From NCBI RefSeq assembly GCF_024223415.1, contig NZ_CP100500.1: a stretch of DNA of 64,000 nucleotides; one strand, written 5' to 3'. The position numbers were made by a program, and so were the translations under genes. This DNA comes from Escherichia coli. Its GTDB lineage: Bacteria; Pseudomonadota; Gammaproteobacteria; Enterobacterales; Enterobacteriaceae. The notes under the pieces were generated by a model. The model did no database searches and was not told where the DNA came from. It was given only the letters and a program-made list of their open reading frames with translations. Positions 17,148 to 31,125 of this stretch are shown here, in pieces (position 1 is the first letter of the stretch; each line of letters begins with the position of its first letter).

Positions 17148-18749
17148 ATGTTTAATCGTATTCGAATTTCGACCACGCTGTTTTTAATTTTGATTCTCTG
17201 CGGGATCTTGCAGATTGGCAGTAACGGCATGTCTTTTTGGGCATTTCGCGACGATTTGCAACGACTGAATCAGGTCGAGCAGAGCAATCAGCAACGTGCG
17301 GCATTAGCGCAAACTCGGGCGGTAATGTTACAGGCCAGTACCGCGCTGAACAAAGCGGGCACTCTGACGGCACTTAGCTATCCGGCGGATGACATTAAAA
17401 CGTTGATGACGACGGCGCGCGCCAGTCTGACGCAATCCACCACGCTGTTTAAAAGTTTTATGGCGATGACTGCGGGCAACGAGCACGTCAGGGCATTGCA
17501 AAAAGAGACGGAGAAAAGTTTTGCCCGCTGGCACAACGATCTCGAACATCAGGCGACCTGGCTTGAAAGTAATCAACTTTCGGATTTCCTCACTGCGCCG
17601 GTGCAGGGATCACAGAATGCGTTTGACGTTAACTTTGAGGCCTGGCAGCTGGAGATCAACCATGTGCTGGAAGCCGCCAGTGCGCAAAGCCAGCGTAACT
17701 ATCAGATTTCGGCACTGGTGTTTATCAGCATGATTATTGTTGCGGCGATCTACATCAGCAGTGCGCTGTGGTGGACGCGCAAGATGATTGTTCAACCACT
17801 GGCCATTATCGGTAGCCATTTTGACAGCATTGCTGCGGGTAATCTGGCGCGTCCGATTGCGGTGTATGGTCGCAATGAGATCACCGCCATTTTTGCCAGC
17901 CTGAAGACCATGCAGCAGGCTTTGCGTGGGACGGTGAGTGATGTGCGTAAGGGAAGCCAGGAGATGCACATTGGTATCGCGGAGATTGTCGCAGGCAATA
18001 ACGATCTCTCAAGTCGTACCGAACAGCAGGCGGCATCGCTGGCACAAACGGCCGCCAGTATGGAGCAATTAACCGCCACGGTAGGGCAAAACGCCGATAA
18101 CGCACGACAGGCGTCGGAACTGGCAAAAAATGCCGCGACAACGGCGCAGGCGGGCGGTGTTCAGGTCAGTACCATGACTCACACCATGCAGGAGATCGCC
18201 ACCAGCTCGCAAAAAATTGGCGACATTATCAGCGTTATCGACGGAATTGCTTTCCAGACCAATATTCTGGCCCTGAATGCGGCAGTGGAAGCGGCTCGCG
18301 CCGGAGAGCAGGGGCGTGGTTTTGCGGTAGTGGCAGGTGAAGTGCGCAATCTTGCCAGCCGTAGCGCGCAGGCAGCAAAAGAGATCAAAGGGCTGATCGA
18401 AGAGTCAGTCAATCGTGTCCAGCAGGGTTCGAAACTGGTGAATAACGCCGCCGCGACCATGATCGATATTGTCAGTTCGGTGACCCGCGTGAACGACATT
18501 ATGGGAGAAATTGCCTCTGCGTCGGAAGAACAACAGCGGGGGATTGAGCAGGTTGCACAGGCTGTCAGCCAGATGGATCAGGTGACTCAGCAGAACGCCT
18601 CGCTGGTAGAAGAAGCGGCGGTGGCAACGGAACAACTGGCGAATCAGGCCGACCATCTTTCGTCGCGTGTGGCGGTATTTACCCTTGAAGAACATGAAGT
18701 AGCACGACATGAGTCGGTGCAGTTACAAATTGCGCCAGTGGTATCCTGA
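17148..18749 (+). CDS. tap: Dipeptide/pyrimidine chemoreceptor Tap (533 aa)
   Basis: Starts MFNRIRISTTLF. MCP signalling domain paralogous to Tar. No NWETF tail. Confidence 0.95.
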   Translation: MFNRIRISTTLFLILILCGILQIGSNGMSFWAFRDDLQRLNQVEQSNQQRAALAQTRAVMLQASTALNKAGTLTALSYPADDIKTLMTTARASLTQSTTLFKSFMAMTAGNEHVRALQKETEKSFARWHNDLEHQATWLESNQLSDFLTAPVQGSQNAFDVNFEAWQLEINHVLEAASAQSQRNYQISALVFISMIIVAAIYISSALWWTRKMIVQPLAIIGSHFDSIAAGNLARPIAVYGRNEITAIFASLKTMQQALRGTVSDVRKGSQEMHIGIAEIVAGNNDLSSRTEQQAASLAQTAASMEQLTATVGQNADNARQASELAKNAATTAQAGGVQVSTMTHTMQEIATSSQKIGDIISVIDGIAFQTNILALNAAVEAARAGEQGRGFAVVAGEVRNLASRSAQAAKEIKGLIEESVNRVQQGSKLVNNAAATMIDIVSSVTRVNDIMGEIASASEEQQRGIEQVAQAVSQMDQVTQQNASLVEEAAVATEQLANQADHLSSRVAVFTLEEHEVARHESVQLQIAPVVS

Positions 18750-18767
18750 AGTGATTGAGAAGGCGCT

Positions 18768-19628
18768 ATGACTTCATCTCTGCCCTGTGGGCAAACGTCT
18801 TTATTGTTACAGATGACCGAGCGCCTGGCGCTTTCCGACGCGCATTTTCGGCGGATAAGTCAATTGATCTATCAACGAGCCGGGATCGTTCTGGCTGACC
18901 ATAAACGCGACATGGTTTACAACCGACTGGTTCGTCGTTTGCGTTCGCTGGGACTGACGGATTTCGGTCATTATCTGAACTTGCTGGAATCTAATCAGCA
19001 CAGCGGTGAGTGGCAGGCGTTTATCAATTCGCTGACCACGAATCTGACGGCATTTTTCCGTGAGGCACACCATTTCCCTCTGCTCGCGGATCACGCACGT
19101 CGCCGTTCTGGCGAGTATCGCGTATGGAGCGCGGCGGCTTCGACCGGCGAAGAGCCGTACAGCATTGCGATGACGCTGGCTGACACATTGGGCACCGCGC
19201 CCGGACGCTGGAAAGTGTTTGCCAGTGATATCGACACCGAAGTGCTGGAAAAAGCCAGAAGCGGTATTTATCGCCATGAAGAGTTGAAAAACCTGACGCC
19301 GCAGCAACTGCAACGGTATTTCATGCGAGGGACGGGACCGCATGAAGGGCTGGTACGCGTGCGTCAGGAGCTGGCGAACTATGTTGATTTTGCCCCGCTG
19401 AATCTACTGGCGAAACAGTACACCGTGCCGGGGCCGTTTGATGCGATCTTCTGTCGTAACGTCATGATCTACTTCGATCAAAATACCCAGCAGGAGATTT
19501 TGCGCCGCTTTGTTCCGCTCCTTAAACCCGACGGATTGCTGTTTGCGGGTCACTCTGAAAACTTTAGCCACCTCGAGCGCCGCTTCACGCTGCGTGGTCA
19601 GACGGTGTATGCGCTAAGTAAGGATTAA
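18768..19628 (+). CDS. cheR: Chemotaxis methyltransferase CheR (286 aa)
   Basis: ORF track and synteny. Confidence 0.95.
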
Positions 19629-19630
19629 CG

Positions 19631-21084
<1,454 letters not shown>

Positions 21085-21094
21085 GGATGCGACT

Positions 21095-21739
21095 ATGATG
21101 CAACCATCAATCAAACCTGCTGACGAGCATTCAGCTGGCGATATCATTGCGCGCATCGGCAGCCTGACGCGTATGCTGCGCGACAGTTTGCGGGAACTGG
21201 GGCTGGATCAGGCCATTGCCGAAGCGGCGGAAGCCATCCCGGATGCGCGCGATCGTTTGTACTATGTTGTGCAGATGACCGCCCAGGCTGCGGAGCGGGC
21301 GCTGAACAGTGTTGAGGCGTCACAACCGCATCAGGATCAAATGGAGAAATCAGCAAAAGCGTTAACCCAACGTTGGGATGACTGGTTTGCCGATCCGATT
21401 GACCTTGCCGACGCCCGTGAATTGGTAACAGATACGCGACAATTTCTGGCAGATGTACCCGCGCATACCAGCTTTACTAACGCGCAACTGCTGGAAATCA
21501 TTATGGCGCAGGATTTTCAGGATCTCACCGGGCAGGTCATTAAGCGGATGATGGATGTCATTCAGGAGATCGAACGCCAGTTGCTGATGGTGCTGTTGGA
21601 AAACATCCCGGAACAGGAGTCGCGTCCAAAGCGTGAAAATCAGAGTTTGCTTAATGGACCTCAGGTCGATACCAGCAAAGCCGGTGTGGTAGCCAGTCAG
21701 GATCAGGTGGACGATTTGTTGGATAGTCTTGGATTTTGA
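21095..21739 (+). CDS. cheZ: CheY-P phosphatase CheZ (214 aa)
   Basis: Start at [19 protein letters not shown]-12 length. Confidence 0.95.
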   Translation: MMQPSIKPADEHSAGDIIARIGSLTRMLRDSLRELGLDQAIAEAAEAIPDARDRLYYVVQMTAQAAERALNSVEASQPHQDQMEKSAKALTQRWDDWFADPIDLADARELVTDTRQFLADVPAHTSFTNAQLLEIIMAQDFQDLTGQVIKRMMDVIQEIERQLLMVLLENIPEQESRPKRENQSLLNGPQVDTSKAGVVASQDQVDDLLDSLGF

Positions 21740-21746
21740 TTTGTAT

Positions 21747-21812
21747 TGCCTGATGTGGCGTGACCACGTCATATCAGGCGGTCTGATAAGGCGATGACGC
21801 CGCATCCGACAA
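21747..21812. repeat. REP/BIME element downstream of cheZ
   Basis: Two REP-like units: tgcctgatgtggcg...catatcaggcg and ctgataaggcgatgacgccgcatccgaca. Confidence 0.6.
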
Positions 21813-21940
21813 ACGCACACTATGCTTGATGTGTGGCAGCAAAAGCCCTAAATCCCGCCTGTTTTGCCCCTTACTCAAACCATTGAACGCTTTGCGCTCT
21901 GGCATCATTTACGCTTAATACTCTTTCCAGGATTGGCGAC

Positions 21941-23089
21941 GTGTCTGACGAGAGCGACGACAAAACAGAAGCCCCCACTCCTCACCGACTAGAAAAAGCG
22001 CGGGAAGAGGGGCAAATCCCGCGTTCCCGTGAACTGACCTCACTGCTGATTTTGCTGGTGGGCGTTAGTGTTATCTGGTTTGGCGGTGTGTCGCTGGCCC
22101 GTCGATTGTCGGGCATGCTCTCCGCTGGGCTGCATTTTGATCACAGTATTATCAAAGACCCGAATCTGATCCTCGGGCAAATTATTCTGCTGATCAGAGA
22201 AGCCATGCTGGCGCTGCTACCGCTGATTAGCGGCGTGGTGCTGGTGGCGCTCATTTCTCCGGTTATGCTGGGGGGGCTGGTATTTAGCGGAAAATCCTTG
22301 CAGCCGAAGTTTTCCAAACTCAACCCGCTACCGGGCATAAAACGGATGTTCTCGGCACAGACTGGCGCGGAGTTGCTTAAAGCAATTTTGAAAACCATCC
22401 TGGTTGGTAGCGTGACGGGGTTTTTTCTCTGGCATCACTGGCCGCAGATGATGCGCTTAATGGCCGAGTCTCCGATTACCGCCATGGGTAATGCGATGGA
22501 TCTGGTAGGGCTATGCGCACTGCTGGTGGTGCTTGGTGTCATTCCGATGGTGGGATTTGACGTCTTTTTTCAAATCTTCAGCCACCTGAAAAAGCTGCGT
22601 ATGTCGCGGCAGGATATTCGTGATGAGTTCAAACAAAGCGAAGGCGATCCCCATGTCAAAGGGCGAATTCGTCAGATGCAGCGAGCTGCGGCGCGGCGGC
22701 GGATGATGGCCGATGTGCCGAAAGCGGACGTCATTGTCAATAACCCGACCCACTATTCGGTAGCGTTGCAGTATGACGAAAACAAAATGAGCGCACCGAA
22801 AGTGGTCGCTAAAGGTGCAGGGCTGGTCGCGCTGCGCATTCGTGAAATTGGCTCTGAAAATAACGTCCCGACGCTTGAAGCGCCGCCGCTGGCGCGAGCG
22901 CTGTATCGACATGCGGAGATTGGTCAACAAATCCCGGGTCAACTGTACGCCGCGGTGGCGGAAGTGCTGGCCTGGGTCTGGCAACTGAAACGCTGGCGTC
23001 TGGCTGGTGGACAGCGCCCTGTACAACCTACTCATCTTCCGGTGCCGGAAGCCCTGGATTTTATTAACGAGAAACCGACCCATGAGTAA
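21941..23089 (+). CDS. flhB: Flagellar export gate protein FlhB (382 aa)
   Basis: GTG start. NPTH autocleavage motif present (VNNPTHYS). Confidence 0.95.
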   Translation: MSDESDDKTEAPTPHRLEKAREEGQIPRSRELTSLLILLVGVSVIWFGGVSLARRLSGMLSAGLHFDHSIIKDPNLILGQIILLIREAMLALLPLISGVVLVALISPVMLGGLVFSGKSLQPKFSKLNPLPGIKRMFSAQTGAELLKAILKTILVGSVTGFFLWHHWPQMMRLMAESPITAMGNAMDLVGLCALLVVLGVIPMVGFDVFFQIFSHLKKLRMSRQDIRDEFKQSEGDPHVKGRIRQMQRAAARRRMMADVPKADVIVNNPTHYSVALQYDENKMSAPKVVAKGAGLVALRIREIGSENNVPTLEAPPLARALYRHAEIGQQIPGQLYAAVAEVLAWVWQLKRWRLAGGQRPVQPTHLPVPEALDFINEKPTHE

Positions 23090-25160
23090 TCTGGCCGCGA
23101 TGCTGCGCCTGCCCGCAAACCTGAAATCGACACAATGGCAGATCCTTGCCGGACCGATTTTGATCCTGTTGATCTTGTCGATGATGGTGCTGCCACTGCC
23201 CGCATTCATACTCGACCTGTTGTTTACCTTCAATATTGCCTTGTCGATCATGGTGTTGCTGGTGGCGATGTTTACCCAGCGCACGCTTGAGTTTGCTGCG
23301 TTTCCGACCATTTTGTTGTTTACCACGCTGTTGCGTCTGGCACTTAACGTGGCTTCAACCCGTATCATTTTGATGGAAGGGCATACCGGCGCAGCGGCGG
23401 CAGGGAAGGTGGTTGAAGCGTTCGGTCACTTCCTCGTTGGTGGCAATTTCGCTATCGGTATCGTGGTGTTTGTCATTCTCGTGATCATCAACTTTATGGT
23501 CATTACCAAAGGTGCCGGGCGTATCGCAGAAGTGGGTGCGCGCTTTGTTCTCGATGGTATGCCGGGTAAGCAGATGGCGATTGACGCCGACCTTAACGCC
23601 GGATTGATTGGTGAAGATGAGGCGAAAAAACGCCGCTCCGAAGTCACTCAGGAAGCCGATTTTTACGGCTCAATGGACGGGGCAAGTAAGTTTGTCCGCG
23701 GCGATGCCATCGCCGGGATCCTCATCATGGTCATTAACGTTGTCGGCGGGTTGCTGGTCGGTGTGCTGCAACATGGCATGAGCATGGGACACGCGGCGGA
23801 AAGTTATACGCTCTTGACCATTGGTGACGGTCTGGTGGCACAAATCCCGGCGCTGGTGATTTCTACCGCCGCGGGGGTCATTGTTACGCGTGTCAGCACC
23901 GATCAGGATGTTGGCGAGCAGATGGTGAATCAGCTTTTCAGTAACCCAAGCGTTATGTTGTTAAGCGCTGCCGTGCTCGGTTTACTCGGCCTGGTGCCTG
24001 GAATGCCGAACCTGGTATTTTTGCTGTTCACTGCCGGATTGCTGGGGCTGGCCTGGTGGATCCGTGGACGCGAACAAAAAGCGCCTGCCGAACCAAAACC
24101 GGTAAAAATGGCAGAGAATAATGCCGTTGTCGAAGCGACGTGGAACGATGTACAACTGGAAGATTCTCTGGGAATGGAAGTGGGTTATCGACTGATCCCG
24201 ATGGTCGATTTCCAGCAGGATGGTGAGTTGTTGGGCCGTATACGCAGTATCCGCAAGAAATTTGCCCAGGAGATGGGCTTCCTGCCGCCGGTGGTGCACA
24301 TTCGCGACAATATGGATCTGCAACCTGCCCGCTATCGCATTTTGATGAAAGGCGTGGAGATAGGCAGTGGTGATGCTTATCCGGGGCGCTGGCTGGCGAT
24401 TAACCCTGGAACCGCTGCCGGGACGTTACCTGGTGAGGCGACCATCGATCCGGCATTTGGCCTGAATGCTATCTGGATTGAAAGTGCGCTAAAAGAACAG
24501 GCGCAGATTCAGGGGTACACCGTGGTTGAGGCCAGCACGGTGGTGGCAACGCATCTTAACCACCTCATTAGCCAGCATGCCGCAGAGCTGTTTGGTCGTC
24601 AGGAGGCGCAACAGCTGTTGGATCGCGTCGCCCAGGAGATGCCAAAGCTGACGGAAGATCTCGTTCCTGGCGTCGTCACGCTCACCACACTGCATAAAGT
24701 GCTGCAAAATCTCCTCGATGAAAAAGTACCGATTCGCGATATGCGCACCATTCTCGAAACGCTGGCGGAACATGCACCCATCCAAAGCGATCCACATGAA
24801 TTAACCGCCGTCGTGCGCGTGGCGTTGGGACGGGCGATTACCCAGCAGTGGTTTCCTGGCAAAGATGAAGTCCATGTTATTGGCCTCGATACACCGCTGG
24901 AACGTTTGTTACTACAGGCGCTGCAGGGCGGGGGCGGACTGGAGCCAGGGTTGGCGGATCGTTTACTGGCGCAAACTCAGGAAGCGCTATCCCGTCAGGA
25001 GATGTTGGGTGCGCCGCCAGTATTGTTGGTGAACCACGCGCTGCGACCATTATTGTCTCGCTTTCTGCGCCGCAGCTTGCCGCAGTTAGTGGTGCTGTCG
25101 AATCTGGAACTATCTGATAACCGACATATCCGCATGACGGCGACAATTGGCGGTAAATGA
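23082..25160 (+). CDS. flhA: Flagellar export gate protein FlhA (692 aa)
   Basis: Start at MSNLAAMLRLPANLK inside ORF 23007..25160. Overlaps the flhB stop. Confidence 0.95.
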   Translation: MSNLAAMLRLPANLKSTQWQILAGPILILLILSMMVLPLPAFILDLLFTFNIALSIMVLLVAMFTQRTLEFAAFPTILLFTTLLRLALNVASTRIILMEGHTGAAAAGKVVEAFGHFLVGGNFAIGIVVFVILVIINFMVITKGAGRIAEVGARFVLDGMPGKQMAIDADLNAGLIGEDEAKKRRSEVTQEADFYGSMDGASKFVRGDAIAGILIMVINVVGGLLVGVLQHGMSMGHAAESYTLLTIGDGLVAQIPALVISTAAGVIVTRVSTDQDVGEQMVNQLFSNPSVMLLSAAVLGLLGLVPGMPNLVFLLFTAGLLGLAWWIRGREQKAPAEPKPVKMAENNAVVEATWNDVQLEDSLGMEVGYRLIPMVDFQQDGELLGRIRSIRKKFAQEMGFLPPVVHIRDNMDLQPARYRILMKGVEIGSGDAYPGRWLAINPGTAAGTLPGEATIDPAFGLNAIWIESALKEQAQIQGYTVVEASTVVATHLNHLISQHAAELFGRQEAQQLLDRVAQEMPKLTEDLVPGVVTLTTLHKVLQNLLDEKVPIRDMRTILETLAEHAPIQSDPHELTAVVRVALGRAITQQWFPGKDEVHVIGLDTPLERLLLQALQGGGGLEPGLADRLLAQTQEALSRQEMLGAPPVLLVNHALRPLLSRFLRRSLPQLVVLSNLELSDNRHIRMTATIGGK

Positions 25161-25552
25161 TGAGAACCTTATTAGCAATATTATTGTTTCCGCTGCTGGT
25201 GCAAGCCGCCGGGGAGGGGATGTGGCAGGCAAGTAGTGTCGGAATTACGCTAAATCATCGCGGTGAGTCGATGTCGTCTGCGCCTCTTTCTACGCGACAA
25301 CCTGCTTCAGGATTGATGACGCTGGTAGCGTGGCGTTATCAGCTTATCGGCCCGACACCTGCAGGACTGCGGGTTCGCTTGTGTTCGCAATCTCGTTGTG
25401 TCGAATTAGAGGGGCAGAGCGGAACCACCGTGGCCTTTTCCGGTATAGCGGCAGTAGAACCGTTGCGCTTTATCTGGGAAGTGCCTGGCGGTGGGCGGTT
25501 AATTCCGTCGCTGAAAGTACAACGTAATGAAGTGATTGTGAATTATCGCTGA
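25160..25552 (+). CDS. flhE: Flagellar protein FlhE (130 aa)
   Basis: Starts MRTLLAILLFPLLVQA (signal peptide). Overlaps the flhA stop. Confidence 0.9.
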   Translation: MRTLLAILLFPLLVQAAGEGMWQASSVGITLNHRGESMSSAPLSTRQPASGLMTLVAWRYQLIGPTPAGLRVRLCSQSRCVELEGQSGTTVAFSGIAAVEPLRFIWEVPGGGRLIPSLKVQRNEVIVNYR

Positions 25553-25610
25553 AGGACAAAAAAAATTACGCGCTCGCGAGTATGTTTAATAACTCAGTGA
25601 AAAAGGCTGG

Positions 25611-25656
25611 ATGTTTTGTTGCAATCATTTATCAGGAATAGATTGCAACAAAACAT
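25611..25656. terminator. Bidirectional hairpin between convergent flhE and yecT
   Basis: Perfect 16-bp inverted repeat, ATGTTTTGTTGCAATC / GATTGCAACAAAACAT, with a 14-nt loop. Confidence 0.7.
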
Positions 25657-25672
25657 GCCAAAAATATGTGAA

Positions 25673-26161
25673 TTATCCTCTTGTCAAAGGGCTTGGATAA
25701 AAATCTTCAGAGTTACGGTATAGCTGCAACTGGCGAGTTCGCGTATTGGTCTGTATGATCATACATGATAGCCATTCTGATTCAGAATAAGGGTCACTTA
25801 AATCCTGAACATCCTCATTTGAAAGGATTAATTCACATTCTTTGTCCCTAAAATCCAGCCAGGCTCGCTGTGATTTTTTAAGCAAGTTAAGTTGTTCAGT
25901 ATCAGGTTTTTTTGCACCTGTGCGTGGCACTTGTTCTATATAACGATAAGCTTCACCATAAGCTTTATTTAATTGCGCATCGACGAGATTGTATTCTTGT
26001 CGCAGGCATGATTTGATCACGTTAATGTCAGTATCATCATCTGAATTTTTTTGCCAACAATCTTTGATGGCTGAAATGTCATGGTCGTTTACTATAACCG
26101 TATCTTCTGCGTAAGCCTGGCAAGAGATAATGCCTAATGTTAATACAAGAAATTTAAACAC
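25673..26161 (-). CDS. yecT: YecT (DUF1311/LprI-like periplasmic protein, 162 aa)
   Basis: ORF track. Signal peptide. Synteny. Confidence 0.8.
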   Translation of the reverse strand: MFKFLVLTLGIISCQAYAEDTVIVNDHDISAIKDCWQKNSDDDTDINVIKSCLRQEYNLVDAQLNKAYGEAYRYIEQVPRTGAKKPDTEQLNLLKKSQRAWLDFRDKECELILSNEDVQDLSDPYSESEWLSCMIIQTNTRTRQLQLYRNSEDFYPSPLTRG

Positions 26162-26337
26162 TGCGGTATTCCTTAAATTGAACCGTTATCGTTTTCCTGG
26201 GCCTGGATATTACGCTTCTGGCCTCTTACTCAACAGTGAGAAAACGATGGCATGTCCGTTTTCAGAATACATTTAGATGGCAATAAAAAAGCCTGATCGG
26301 CTAACCCTGATCAGGCTTCACTCTCACGAAAAATCGA

Positions 26338-28071
26338 TTACATACGCTCTACAGTCTCAATACCCAGCGTATCCAGACCCAGCTTCAGCGTCTTCGCCGT
26401 CAGTTGTGCCAGTTTTAGACGGCTGTTACGCACTTCTTCGTTTTCTGCGCTGAGGATCGGGCAGTGCTCGTAGAAGCCAGAGAACAGACCGGCCAGATCG
26501 TACAGGTAAGCACACATTACATGCGGCGTGCCTTCACGGGCAACCACGGTGAGGGTTTCTTCAAACTGCAGCAGGCGAGCTGCCAGTTGCGCTTCACGAT
26601 CTTCACGGATGATAACCGGAGCTGCAGCCAGTTGCTCTTCGTCAATTTCTGCTTTACGGAACACGGACAATACACGCGTGTATGCATACTGCATGTAAGG
26701 CGCGGTATTACCCTCAAACGCCAGCATGTTGTCCCAGTCGAAGATGTAGTCCGTGGTGCGGTTTTTGGAGAGATCCGCATATTTCACCGCACCAATACCA
26801 ACCGCGTTAGCCAGTTTTTCCAGCTCGTCGGCTGGCATATCCGGGTTCTTTTCTGCCACCAGACGGCGTGCACGTTCCAGGGCTTCATCCAGCAGATCGG
26901 CCAGTTTCACTGTACCACCCGCGCGGGTTTTGAACGGTTTGCCGTCTTTACCCAGCATCATGCCGAACATGTGGTGTTCCAGCGGTACGGATTCCGGTAC
27001 ATAGCCTGCTTTACGGACGATCGCCCATGCCTGCATCAGGTGTTGATGCTGACGGGAGTCGATGTAATACAGCACGCGATCGGCATGCAGTGTTTCATAA
27101 CGATATTTCGCACAGGCGATATCAGTGGTGGTATAGAGATAGCCGCCATCTTTCTTCTGAATGATCACGCCCATCGGTTCGCCTTCCTTGTTTTTAAACT
27201 CATCAAGGAATACGACGGTCGCCCCTTCGCTTTCTACTGCCAGACCTTTGGCTTTGAGATCCGCCACGATTCCTGGCAGCATCGGATTGTAGAGGCTTTC
27301 GCCCATCACGTCATCACGGGTCAGCGTCACGTTGAGACGATCGTAGGTGATCTGGTTCTGCGTCATGGTGATGTCGACCAGTTTGCGCCACATCTCGCGG
27401 AAATATTCGTCACCGCTTTGCAGTTTTACCACGTAGTTACGTGCACGCTCGGCAAACTCTTCATCTTCGTCGTAATGCTTTTTCGCATCGCGGTAGAAAC
27501 CTTCAAGGTCAGCCAGCTCCATTTCACCGGCGTTTTCCTGCTGCTGCTTTTCCAGCCATGCAATCAGCATACCGAACTGAGTGCCCCAGTCGCCGACGTG
27601 GTTTGCGCGAATCACTTTGTGACCGAGGAACTCCAGAGTACGCACTGCTGCGTCACCAATAATGGTAGAGCGCAGGTGACCGACGTGCATCTCTTTCGCC
27701 ACGTTTGGCGCAGAGTAGTCAACCACAATGGTCTGTTTTTCTGGCGTAGCAACACCGAGACGATCGGACGCCAGCGCCTGCTGAACATGTTCAGCCAGGA
27801 ATGCCGGATCAAGGAAAATGTTGATAAAGCCTGGACCGGCGATCTCAACTTTGCTGGCGATACCGTTAAGATCCAGATGAGTCAGCACCTGCTCTGCTAA
27901 TTGTCGCGGTGCCATACCCAGTTTTTTAGCAACTGCCATCATGCCGTTAGCCTGATAGTCGCCGAACTGAACTTTTGCTGACTGACGAACCTGCGGTTCG
28001 CAATCCGCAGGCGCGCCTGCCGCAATCATGGCCTGACGGACTTTTTCTGAGAGAAGAGCCTGAATATTCAC
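26338..28071 (-). CDS. argS: Arginine-tRNA ligase (577 aa)
   Basis: HVGH (HIGH-type) motif is present. K-12 length. Confidence 0.97.
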   Translation of the reverse strand: MNIQALLSEKVRQAMIAAGAPADCEPQVRQSAKVQFGDYQANGMMAVAKKLGMAPRQLAEQVLTHLDLNGIASKVEIAGPGFINIFLDPAFLAEHVQQALASDRLGVATPEKQTIVVDYSAPNVAKEMHVGHLRSTIIGDAAVRTLEFLGHKVIRANHVGDWGTQFGMLIAWLEKQQQENAGEMELADLEGFYRDAKKHYDEDEEFAERARNYVVKLQSGDEYFREMWRKLVDITMTQNQITYDRLNVTLTRDDVMGESLYNPMLPGIVADLKAKGLAVESEGATVVFLDEFKNKEGEPMGVIIQKKDGGYLYTTTDIACAKYRYETLHADRVLYYIDSRQHQHLMQAWAIVRKAGYVPESVPLEHHMFGMMLGKDGKPFKTRAGGTVKLADLLDEALERARRLVAEKNPDMPADELEKLANAVGIGAVKYADLSKNRTTDYIFDWDNMLAFEGNTAPYMQYAYTRVLSVFRKAEIDEEQLAAAPVIIREDREAQLAARLLQFEETLTVVAREGTPHVMCAYLYDLAGLFSGFYEHCPILSAENEEVRNSRLKLAQLTAKTLKLGLDTLGIETVERM

Positions 28072-28286
28072 CGGAATACCTTACATTGATGAAGCGAGCA
28101 AAAATTGCCCGCACCAGTTAAAGAAATTAGGGCGGGAGTATACTGCAAATGGCTGTTTTCGTCAGCAACGTGCACGTGGCGTATTGCCGTTTTCACTATT
28201 GCATCAGAAGCGGCGTGAAATCAGCGGTTGGTTGGCGCAGGGCAACAGGGTAAATTAACGCTTTTACTGAAAGACGAAGAGTGATT

Positions 28287-28853
28287 ATGGCGAACTGGCA
28301 ATCTATCGACGAGCTGCAGGATATTGCATCGGATTTACCGCGATTTACCCACGCATTAGATGAACTTTCCCGCCGTTTGGGGTTGGATATCACTCCGTTG
28401 ACTGCCGATCACATTTCCTTGCGTTGCCATCAAAACGCCACCGCTGAACGCTGGCGTCGCGGGTTTGAACAGTGCGGCGAGCTTTTGTCAGAAAATATGA
28501 TCAATGGCAGACCGATTTGTCTGTTTAAATTGCATGAACCGGTACAGGTTGCGCACTGGCAGTTTTCCATTGTGGAGCTACCGTGGCCTGGGGAAAAACG
28601 TTACCCGCACGAAGGTTGGGAACATATTGAAATCGTTCTGCCGGGTGATCCAGAAACGCTGAATGCCCGTGCGCTGGCATTGCTTTCTGATGAAGGACTC
28701 AGCCTACCGGGGATCTCAGTGAAAACCAGTTCGCCAAAAGGTGAGCATGAACGATTACCGAATCCGACGCTGGCGGTCACCGATGGCAAAACAACCATTA
28801 AATTTCATCCGTGGTCCATTGAAGAGATTGTTGCCAGCGAGCAGTCGGCGTAA
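28287..28853 (+). CDS. yecM: YecM (188 aa)
   Basis: Start at MANWQSIDELQDIASDL inside ORF 28281..28853. Confidence 0.85.
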   Translation: MANWQSIDELQDIASDLPRFTHALDELSRRLGLDITPLTADHISLRCHQNATAERWRRGFEQCGELLSENMINGRPICLFKLHEPVQVAHWQFSIVELPWPGEKRYPHEGWEHIEIVLPGDPETLNARALALLSDEGLSLPGISVKTSSPKGEHERLPNPTLAVTDGKTTIKFHPWSIEEIVASEQSA

Positions 28854-28857
28854 TTAA

Positions 28858-29692
<835 letters not shown>

Positions 29693-30000
29693 ATCCCTGA
29701 ATAGTGTAAAAAATGAACGATTACCGCGATCTGTTGAGCGGGTGACAGTGCACATAGCGTTGTGCTAAAAATATTTTATATATTCACATTAATTATGTGA
29801 TTTAAATTGCTAAAACTGACAAATATATATTCTAAATAACAACTGGATTATTCCTTAGCAATTAATGATTACATTGTAATAAATCATATTCTTTAGCGAT
29901 TATTTCAGGCAGTGTTGTGCCGAATTAAGCAAGTAGTCAATTCGTTGTATATTTATTTATACAATGATTTCGGTGTTCTGGAATTTAATTAGAGGAATCT

Positions 30001-31101
30001 ATGCGAGGGAAAAAACGCATTGGGTTATTGTTTTTGCTGATAGCGGTTGTGGTTGGTGGTGGCGGGTTCTTGCAGGTGCAAAAAGCCTTACATAAAACGT
30101 CGGATACAGCATTTTGCCTTTCCTGCCACTCGATGAGTAAACCTTTTGAGGAATATCAGGGAACTGTCCACTTTTCGAACCAGAAAGGGATACGTGCGGA
30201 ATGTGCCGATTGCCATATTCCAAAGTCAGGGATGGATTATTTATTCGCTAAATTAAAAGCATCTAAAGATATTTATCATGAATTTGTTAGCGGCAAAATA
30301 GACAGTGACGATAAGTTCGAAGCTCATCGCCAGGAAATGGCCGAAACAGTATGGAAAGAATTAAAAGCAACTGACTCTGCAACGTGCCGTAGTTGCCATT
30401 CTTTTGATGCCATGGATATTGCCTCGCAAAGTGAATCTGCGCAGAAAATGCATAACAAAGCACAAAAGGGCGGCGAAACCTGTATCGATTGTCATAAAGG
30501 CATTGCCCATTTTCCGCCAGAAATAAAAATGGATGACAACGCGGCGCATGAGCTGGAAAGTCAGGCCGCTACTTCAGTGACTAATGGCGCACATATTTAT
30601 CCTTTCAAAACTTCTCGCATAGGCGAGCTGGCTACCGTGAATCCTGGTACCGATCTCACCGTCGTTGATGCCAGTGGCAAACAGCCGATCGTTCTGTTGC
30701 AGGGTTATCAAATGCAGGGCAGTGAAAACACGCTCTACCTGGCGGCAGGTCAACGGCTGGCGCTAGCCACATTAAGTGAAGAAGGTATCAAGGCGCTCAC
30801 GGTAAACGGGGAATGGCAGGCTGACGAATACGGCAATCAATGGCGTCAGGCGTCTTTACAGGGTGCGCTTACCGATCCCGCATTAGCGGACCGTAAACCG
30901 CTATGGCAATACGCTGAAAAACTTGACGATACCTATTGCGCTGGTTGTCATGCCCCTATTGCCGCCGACCATTACACCGTCAATGCGTGGCCTTCCATTG
31001 CCAAAGGAATGGGGGCACGAACCAGCATGAGCGAAAACGAACTGGACATTTTAACGCGGTATTTCCAGTACAACGCCAAAGATATTACCGAGAAACAGTG
31101 A
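30001..31101 (+). CDS. torY: Pentaheme c-type cytochrome TorY (366 aa)
   Basis: Multiple CxxCH motifs (CLSCH, CADCH, CRSCH, CIDCH, CAGCH). Confidence 0.95.
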   Translation: MRGKKRIGLLFLLIAVVVGGGGFLQVQKALHKTSDTAFCLSCHSMSKPFEEYQGTVHFSNQKGIRAECADCHIPKSGMDYLFAKLKASKDIYHEFVSGKIDSDDKFEAHRQEMAETVWKELKATDSATCRSCHSFDAMDIASQSESAQKMHNKAQKGGETCIDCHKGIAHFPPEIKMDDNAAHELESQAATSVTNGAHIYPFKTSRIGELATVNPGTDLTVVDASGKQPIVLLQGYQMQGSENTLYLAAGQRLALATLSEEGIKALTVNGEWQADEYGNQWRQASLQGALTDPALADRKPLWQYAEKLDDTYCAGCHAPIAADHYTVNAWPSIAKGMGARTSMSENELDILTRYFQYNAKDITEKQ

Positions 31102-31125
31102 TCCTCGTTGATCAGGGAGGAAGTT

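Noticed and set aside
15441-18749. Long nucleotide repeat between tar and tap (about 16280-16900 versus about 17990-18600)
   Set aside because: This is ordinary paralogy of the MCP cytoplasmic signalling domains, as in every E. coli. It is not a mobile or novel repeat.
22511-23368. 285-aa minus-strand ORF
   Set aside because: It is antisense to the flhB/flhA junction, both of which are full-length and canonical. It is a shadow ORF.
26464-27900. 478-aa + strand ORF
   Set aside because: It lies entirely antisense to argS, which is unambiguous. The translation is low-complexity and rich in Phe, His and Arg, which is typical of a shadow ORF.
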